From assembly GCA_902526175.1 (NCBI GenBank), contig CABZJY010000002.1, positions 52,733-116,732 of the forward strand: 64,000 nucleotides of DNA, written 5' to 3'. Position numbers and translations under genes: made by a program. Each line of letters opens with the position of its first letter. Position 1 is the stretch's first letter. The notes below the pieces were generated by a model, which was not told the DNA's origin, made no database searches, and was given only the letters and a program-made list of their open reading frames with translations. Of the stretch, positions 58,259 to 64,000 are shown piece by piece. This DNA comes from an uncultured Alphaproteobacteria bacterium. GTDB lineage: Bacteria > Pseudomonadota > Alphaproteobacteria > Methylaequorales > Methylaequoraceae.

Positions 58259-59275
58259 TTAAGCGTAATCTCTTATATCAAATTTTGATTTTAGTTGATT
58301 TTTTTTTTTTTTACTTTTTTTTTGTTCTTCTAGAATTTCTTCATCAGTATTGATAAACGAATTAATTAATTTTTTATCTTCTTTCATATCATTATTTTCA
58401 GTCGTGAGTAAATTTTCTCCATAAAAAATAGAATTTGCACCAGACAACAAACAGAGTATTTGGGTTTCTTTAGAAAAAGATTTTCTTCCAGCAGATAATC
58501 TAATTCTCGATTTTGGCATAATAATTCTTGCCGTAGCAATTACTCTTACAATTTCAATTGAGTCAACTTTTTTTTGGTTTTGAAGAGGGGTACCTTTTAC
58601 AGGAACAAGAGCATTAATTGGAACACTTTCAGGCTGAGGGTCCATATCTGATAATATTTTTAGCATTTTGGCTCTATCATCCCAAGTCTCTCCCATCCCT
58701 AAAATTCCACCTGAACAGACACTTATACCAGCATTCCTGACGTTATTTAATGTTTCTAATCTTTCCTCGAAACTTCTTGTTGTAATAATTTCTTTATAAA
58801 AATCTGGAGATGTATCTATGTTGTGATTATACGCATCTAAGCCTGCATCTTTTAGTTTTTTAGCTTGATTTTTCGTAATACTACCTAGAGTTACACAAGC
58901 TTCTAAATTAAGAGATTTTACCGTTTTAATCATTTGAATGACCATTTCTAAATCTTTGCCATCTTTGAGTTTTTTCCAAGCAGCACCCATACAAAACCTA
59001 TGTGCGCCATTTTTTTTTGCTTGAATTGCAGCATTCTCTAACGAAAGTAGACCAATTAGTTTTTCTTTTTTTAAATCAACATTATAATGGGCAGATTGAG
59101 GACAATACTTGCAATCTTCAGGGCATGAACCAGTTTTAATTGAAATCAAAGACGCAAGTTGTACATCCTTTCTTTTTTTGAAGTACTTTTTATGAGTTTT
59201 TTGTGCTTTGTAAAGCAGATCACCAAGAGGTAATGCAAGTATCTTTTTAATTTTTTTTAAGCTGTAATTTTTCAT
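58259..59275 (-). CDS. bioB: biotin synthase
   Basis: 338 aa. Radical-SAM CPEDCKYCPQS, YNHNIDTS, and a Lys-rich C-terminal tail. Confidence 0.95.
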   Translation of the reverse strand: MKNYSLKKIKKILALPLGDLLYKAQKTHKKYFKKRKDVQLASLISIKTGSCPEDCKYCPQSAHYNVDLKKEKLIGLLSLENAAIQAKKNGAHRFCMGAAWKKLKDGKDLEMVIQMIKTVKSLNLEACVTLGSITKNQAKKLKDAGLDAYNHNIDTSPDFYKEIITTRSFEERLETLNNVRNAGISVCSGGILGMGETWDDRAKMLKILSDMDPQPESVPINALVPVKGTPLQNQKKVDSIEIVRVIATARIIMPKSRIRLSAGRKSFSKETQILCLLSGANSIFYGENLLTTENNDMKEDKKLINSFINTDEEILEEQKKSKKKKNQLKSKFDIRDYA

Positions 59276-59782
59276 TTACTTATCATACTTTGGATGGAAC
59301 ATTTCACCAGTACAAAATAAATATTCTAGTCTCACTTTTGAATCTATAGGACCAATAATTTCATAATATTCTGAATCAAATTTTAATTTTCCACCTGCTA
59401 CGATAAATTTTTGAAAAAAATTTGCAACTTTATCAGTATCAGCGATCCCCTCAAAAAAAATCTTATTTTTACTAAATTTAGGTTTTGTATTTATGATGTT
59501 GACGATAGATAAATCATCTGCAATAACATCTACTTTATCCGATTGTTTATTCAATGAGGTTGTTTCAAAAAAAGTGTAAACAAGTTTGTCCTTCTTTTTA
59601 ATTTTAACGATCATTTCAATGTTTTCACTATCAATGAGCATTTTAATTCCACATTCATTAGGAATAGATTCTTCAAGTTTAATTATTGATTGTATTTTAA
59701 TGTTCTGAGACAGAGAAATCTCAGGTATAATTAAACACCAAAACGAAAATAAAAAGAATATTTTAATGGAAAAATTAAACAT
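59276..59782 (-). CDS. hypothetical secreted protein
   Basis: 168 aa. Signal peptide (MFNFSIKIFFLFSFWCLIIPEISLS). Its stop abuts the bioB start. No domain recognised. Confidence 0.45.
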   Translation of the reverse strand: MFNFSIKIFFLFSFWCLIIPEISLSQNIKIQSIIKLEESIPNECGIKMLIDSENIEMIVKIKKKDKLVYTFFETTSLNKQSDKVDVIADDLSIVNIINTKPKFSKNKIFFEGIADTDKVANFFQKFIVAGGKLKFDSEYYEIIGPIDSKVRLEYLFCTGEMFHPKYDK

Positions 59783-61133
59783 TTTATTAAAAGAGCAAAT
59801 TATACAATCAGAAAATCTATATTTAGAAAAACATCCAAATGAAGATTTAATTTATAATTCTGCTGTATCAATTCTTAATTTTATTGAAAAAGAATTCAAT
59901 AAAAAAAAAATTTTATTTTTTTGTGGCCCAGGCAATAATGGTAACGACGGAAGAAAAGTTTTTGAAATTGGTTCAAAAAGAAATAACTTAAGACTTATAA
60001 ATATTAAAAATCCAAATAATTTACAAAATCAAATAGATAAATGCGATATAATTGTAGATGCTATATTTGGTTTTGGCTTAAAAAGAAAACTTACTGAAGA
60101 TATTGCCAAAGTAATTAAAATAATAAATAAATCCAAAAAAAAAGTTATTTCTATTGATATTCCTTCAGGAGTATTATCTGATACCGGTGAAATCTTAAGT
60201 GATTCAATTAAGGCAAGTGTTACTCTAGCTTTGGGCTATTTTAAGCCGTGTCATTTTTTACATCCAGGAAAATCACAATGTGGTGATATTTATCTACTAG
60301 ATTTAAAATATGAAACAATTCAAAATAGAAAGCCAAGAATAAGACTTCTGGATTCATATTTTTTTAATTTTGAACCATTAAAAAAAAAACAAAATATTCA
60401 TAAATATAACAGAGGTTCTTTTTTAATAATAGGTGGTGAAATGTCTGGCGCAGCAAGAATTGCTGCTCTTTCAGCACGAAAAATTGGTGCTGGCTTATCG
60501 ACTGTAAAAATTGAAAAGCATCAACTTTTGAATTATGTTGGCACAGAACCAGGTACAATTGTTAATTTTTCACAAAAAATTCAAATTAATGACTATGATT
60601 TATTAGTTATTGGACCTGGACTAGGAAAAAAATATTCACTGTCTAAAATATCTAAAATTTTAGGAGATTTTAAAAAAACTGTAATTTTAGATGCGGATGC
60701 ACTCAGCATGTTTGAAAAAAAAAAAGAACAACTATTTTCAATATTAAAAAAAAGAACTAACACTATTTTGACACCTCATGATGGTGAGTTTAAAAGGTTA
60801 TTTGGAGAAATAAAACAGGACAAACTTTCTGCAGCATTAGCTGCATCAAAAAAAACTAATTCTATAATTGTTTTTAAGGGAAATGATACTGTTGTAGCCT
60901 TTCCGAATGGAGATGTGTTTATAAATAATGGAGCAAATCCCTCTCTTGCTACTGCAGGAACAGGAGATATGTTATGTGGTATGATTGGAGGTTTGATTTG
61001 CCAAGGTATGGAAATAAAACATTCAATCCTATACGCAATTTTTATTCAGAATAAGTTATCTAAAAAAATTAATAATACAATAGTTGAGGATTTTATTAAT
61101 GACATTCCAGTACATTGTGATTGGTTAAAATAA
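59766..61133 (+). CDS. nnr: bifunctional NAD(P)H-hydrate repair enzyme (epimerase/ADP-dependent dehydratase)
   Basis: 455 aa. YjeF_N motif CGPGNNGNDG and C-terminal carbohydrate-kinase motif AGTGDMLCG. Confidence 0.9.
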   Translation: MEKLNILLKEQIIQSENLYLEKHPNEDLIYNSAVSILNFIEKEFNKKKILFFCGPGNNGNDGRKVFEIGSKRNNLRLINIKNPNNLQNQIDKCDIIVDAIFGFGLKRKLTEDIAKVIKIINKSKKKVISIDIPSGVLSDTGEILSDSIKASVTLALGYFKPCHFLHPGKSQCGDIYLLDLKYETIQNRKPRIRLLDSYFFNFEPLKKKQNIHKYNRGSFLIIGGEMSGAARIAALSARKIGAGLSTVKIEKHQLLNYVGTEPGTIVNFSQKIQINDYDLLVIGPGLGKKYSLSKISKILGDFKKTVILDADALSMFEKKKEQLFSILKKRTNTILTPHDGEFKRLFGEIKQDKLSAALAASKKTNSIIVFKGNDTVVAFPNGDVFINNGANPSLATAGTGDMLCGMIGGLICQGMEIKHSILYAIFIQNKLSKKINNTIVEDFINDIPVHCDWLK

Positions 61134-61192
61134 TTTATTAATAATATATTGATTTAGTAGTTTAAATAATGTTTTTATTAGTTTATAAATTA

Positions 61193-61277
61193 GCGGGCGT
61201 GGCGGAATTGGTAGACGCGCTGGTTTTAGGTACCAGTGACATTTGTCGTGTGGGTTCAAGTCCCTCCGCCCGTACCA
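61193..61277 (+). tRNA. tRNA-Leu (anticodon TAG)
   Basis: 85 nt. Acceptor GCGGGCG/CGCCCGT, anticodon stem CTGGT/ACCAG with loop TTTAGGT, long variable arm, T loop TTCAAGT, encoded CCA. Confidence 0.9.
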
Positions 61278-61281
61278 AAAA

Positions 61282-62616
61282 ATGATTATGAAATTAGATA
61301 TTATAAAATCCAAAGGTCTTGATATTGAATGGAGAATAACAATTCCATCTAGAGACATAAGCCCAAAATTTGAAGAAGAGTATTCGAATTTATCAAAAAA
61401 TGTAAAACTTCCAGGGTTTAGACCAGGGAAAGTTCCTATAAAAATAGTAAAACAAAAATATTCACAAAACGTAACACAAAAAATATTAGATGAAGTTATA
61501 AATTTTTCTTTGAGAAAAACTGTTACAGAAAAAAAAATTCAACCATCAATTCAGCCTAAAGTTAAAGTAGAAAAATATGAAGAAGACGGAGATCTAATTT
61601 TTAGTGCTGCATTTCAAATTATGCCTGAAGTTCCAGAAATAGATATAAAAAAAATTGAAGTCGAAAAATCTGAGCTCCTTATGGATGAAAAAGACACAGA
61701 TAAAACTTTGCAAGAATTAGCTAAGAATCATGAAAGGTTTGAACCCCTTAAAAAAAAAAGAAAATCAAAAAAAGGTGATTTAATATTGTTTGACTATGAA
61801 GGAAGAATTAATAATAAAGAGTTTAAAGGGAGTAAGGGTAAAAATGAAACTGTAGTTCTAGGGTCAAAAAAATATATACCTGGTTATGAAGAACAAATGG
61901 AAAATTTAGAAATCGGTCAAGAATCGAAATTAAATGTTGTTTTTCCAGAAGACTATAGAGAAAAAAATCTAGCAAAAAAGAAAGCCACGTTTAAAATTAA
62001 AATTAAGGATATACAAGAAAGAGTTAAAGATGTTGCTGTAGATGACAGGCTTGCAAAAGAACTTGGTGAGCAGAATATCGTGATCTTAAAAGAGAAGGTA
62101 AAAGAAAAAATGATTAATGACTTTAATAAATTTTCTCTTCTTAAAATGAGACGTGAATTAACTGATATAATTTTGAATAAACTAAAATTTGAGCTTCCTT
62201 CAGGAATGATTGAAGATGAAAAAGTTTTTTTAAATAACCAAAATAACAATCAAGAAAAACAAATAAGCAGTCTAGAAATTGAAAAAATGTCGAAGAGAAG
62301 AGTAAAATTAGGACTTATTTTAAATAGTATTGGTAAAAAAAATAATATTGAGATAAATGATAAAGATCTAACAAAAGCTGTTGTTAATGAGGCGCAAAAA
62401 TATCCTGGTGATGAAAAAAAAGTAGTTGATTTTTATAAACAGAATCCAAAGATGATGGATAATCTCAGAGGAATAGCATTTGAAGAAAAGGTAATGGATT
62501 TTTTAATCAACAGTGTTTCAAAAAAAATAAAAAAATCTACTTTTGATGAATTGTTCAAATCTGATAAATTAAAATCTGAAAAAGAACTTGTTAAAAAGAA
62601 AACAAAGGAAAAATAA
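61282..62616 (+). CDS. tig: trigger factor
   Basis: About 444 aa from ATG 61282 (MIMKLDII...). GFRPGKVP ribosome-binding signature and a PPIase middle domain. The ORF-track start 61243 lies inside the tRNA-Leu and is rejected. Confidence 0.9.
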   Translation: MIMKLDIIKSKGLDIEWRITIPSRDISPKFEEEYSNLSKNVKLPGFRPGKVPIKIVKQKYSQNVTQKILDEVINFSLRKTVTEKKIQPSIQPKVKVEKYEEDGDLIFSAAFQIMPEVPEIDIKKIEVEKSELLMDEKDTDKTLQELAKNHERFEPLKKKRKSKKGDLILFDYEGRINNKEFKGSKGKNETVVLGSKKYIPGYEEQMENLEIGQESKLNVVFPEDYREKNLAKKKATFKIKIKDIQERVKDVAVDDRLAKELGEQNIVILKEKVKEKMINDFNKFSLLKMRRELTDIILNKLKFELPSGMIEDEKVFLNNQNNNQEKQISSLEIEKMSKRRVKLGLILNSIGKKNNIEINDKDLTKAVVNEAQKYPGDEKKVVDFYKQNPKMMDNLRGIAFEEKVMDFLINSVSKKIKKSTFDELFKSDKLKSEKELVKKKTKEK

Positions 62617-62617
62617 T

Positions 62618-63217
62618 ATGAGCAGTCTTATACCAATGGTTGTGGAACAAACGAATCGGGGAGAAAGGTCATACGATATCTTTTCCAGACTTCTTAAAGA
62701 AAGAATAATCTTTCTTACTGGAGGTGTTGATGATATGGTTTCTAGCTTAATTTGTGCACAGCTCCTTTTTTTAGAATCGGAAAATCCTGATAAAGATATT
62801 TTTTTTTATATAAATTCACCTGGTGGGGCTGTATCTTCAGGTCTCGCTATATATGACACCATGCAATACATCAAACCTGACGTGTCAACAGTTTGTATTG
62901 GTCAAGCTGCAAGCATGGGTTCACTTCTTCTAACAGCTGGTAAAAAAAATAAGAGATTTTGTTTACCTCATTCAAGAATTATGACGCATCAACCCTCGGG
63001 GGGTGTGCAAGGACAGGCTACAGACATTGAAATTCATGCCAAGGAAATTCTTGAATTAAGAAAAAAACTAAACAACATATATGTAAAACATACTGGTCAA
63101 GAACTTAAATTTGTTGAAAAAATCATGGAAAGGGATAATTTCTTATCACCTGAAGAAGCAAAAAAAATTGGGTTAATTGACAAAGTTGTAATTGATCGAC
63201 CAACTAAAAGTAAATAA
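62618..63217 (+). CDS. clpP: ATP-dependent Clp protease proteolytic subunit
   Basis: About 199 aa from ATG 62618 ([26 protein letters not shown]). Catalytic Ser context GQAASMGS and His context MTHQP. Confidence 0.95.
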   Translation: MSSLIPMVVEQTNRGERSYDIFSRLLKERIIFLTGGVDDMVSSLICAQLLFLESENPDKDIFFYINSPGGAVSSGLAIYDTMQYIKPDVSTVCIGQAASMGSLLLTAGKKNKRFCLPHSRIMTHQPSGGVQGQATDIEIHAKEILELRKKLNNIYVKHTGQELKFVEKIMERDNFLSPEEAKKIGLIDKVVIDRPTKSK

Positions 63218-63290
63218 AACAAAAAAAATAACAAATTATGGAATAAAGGTTGCAGTATCTTTTTTTGTTTGAAAGAATAATATCATTATT

Positions 63291-64000
63291 ATGAGTGAAA
63301 ATAAAACTTCAAAAAATACTTTGTTTTGTTCATTTTGTGGAAAAAGTCAACATGAAGTGCGTAAACTGATTGCTGGCCCTACAGTTTTTATTTGTGACGA
63401 GTGTGTTGAATTATGTATGGATATTATTAAAGAAGAAAATAAAACCATTTCTTCTACTAAGAATGGATCAGTTGAAACTCCAAAAGAACTATATAGATTA
63501 TTGAACGAATATGTTATTGGGCAAGAAGATGCAAAAAAGATTTTATCGGTTGCTGTTCATAATCATTATAAACGAATTGACAGTCCTAAAAAATCTAATG
63601 GAGTAGAGTTATCTAAGTCAAATATTTTATTAGTAGGTCCAACTGGCTCGGGAAAGACTTTATTGGCAGAAACACTTGCAAGAATTATTGACGTACCATT
63701 TACCATGGCAGATGCAACTACATTAACTGAGGCTGGTTATGTTGGAGAAGACGTTGAAAATATTATTTTAAAACTTTTACAGGCATCTGATTACAATGTT
63801 GAAAGAGCTCAGAGGGGTATTGTTTACATCGATGAAGTTGATAAAATTAGTCGAAAATCTGATAATCCCTCAATTACTCGAGATGTTTCAGGTGAGGGAG
63901 TTCAACAGGCACTTTTAAAAATTATGGAAGGTACTATTGCATCCGTTCCTCCTCAAGGAGGAAGAAAGCATCCACAACAAGAATTTCTTCAAGTTGATAC
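63291..64000 (+). CDS. clpX: ATP-dependent Clp protease ATP-binding subunit ClpX (5' partial, runs off window)
   Basis: Hand translation [42 protein letters not shown] (zinc-binding domain), then Walker A GPTGSGKT. Absent from the ORF track because there is no stop in the window. Confidence 0.95.
   Translation, partial: MSENKTSKNTLFCSFCGKSQHEVRKLIAGPTVFICDECVELCMDIIKEENKTISSTKNGSVETPKELYRLLNEYVIGQEDAKKILSVAVHNHYKRIDSPKKSNGVELSKSNILLVGPTGSGKTLLAETLARIIDVPFTMADATTLTEAGYVGEDVENIILKLLQASDYNVERAQRGIVYIDEVDKISRKSDNPSITRDVSGEGVQQALLKIMEGTIASVPPQGGRKHPQQEFLQVD

Noticed and set aside
61125-61358. 77-aa minus-strand ORF, and the 61243 start of the trigger-factor ORF, both overlapping tRNA-Leu
   Set aside because: Both run through the tRNA-Leu gene (61193-61277). 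The trigger factor has a good ATG at 61282, right after the tRNA. The minus-strand ORF is treated as spurious.

Overview
This is an AT-rich (roughly 70% A+T by eye), very gene-dense bacterial chromosome segment. Most neighbouring genes abut or overlap by a few nucleotides. Gene content and protein similarities point to a streamlined alphaproteobacterium of the SAR11/Pelagibacterales type; that assignment is inference, not a database result. The backbone is housekeeping. It includes accBC-aroQ, RNase E, amiC-mrcA, prfB (recoded), tyrS and anmK. A co-directional sulfur/Fe-S array runs cysE-iscRSUA-hscBA-fdx-iscX-mnmA. Further on are folE-hisI, nth, bioB, nnr and tRNA-Leu-tig-clpP-clpX. Accessory-looking patches sit between these blocks: (1) a tRNA-Met followed by three small secreted proteins or lipoproteins; (2) an aldehyde dehydrogenase-DUF485-ActP operon; (3) an orphan FwdA-like amidohydrolase; (4) a divergent ligase-associated DNA-damage cluster (Lhr-like helicase, PdeM, MBL exonuclease, ATP-dependent ligase) with a translationally coupled cytoplasmic binding-protein-like gene; (5) a BpsA/BpsB-like type III polyketide synthase plus membrane methyltransferase pair; (6) an Irr-like Fur-family regulator, katG and a ferritin-like gene, with a perfect 'iron control element' palindrome in front of katG; (7) an islet at about 55.8-57.8 kb of unannotated small ORFs, hairpins and a methyltransferase with no usable start codon. 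I saw no CRISPR array, transposase, integrase or rRNA. Two recoding or frameshift sites are visible: the prfB +1 site, and a DUF4174 gene split at a T tract. Strongest leads: the type III PKS pair, the Irr/ICE-katG module, and the small-ORF/hairpin leader upstream of the ABC-2 exporter.
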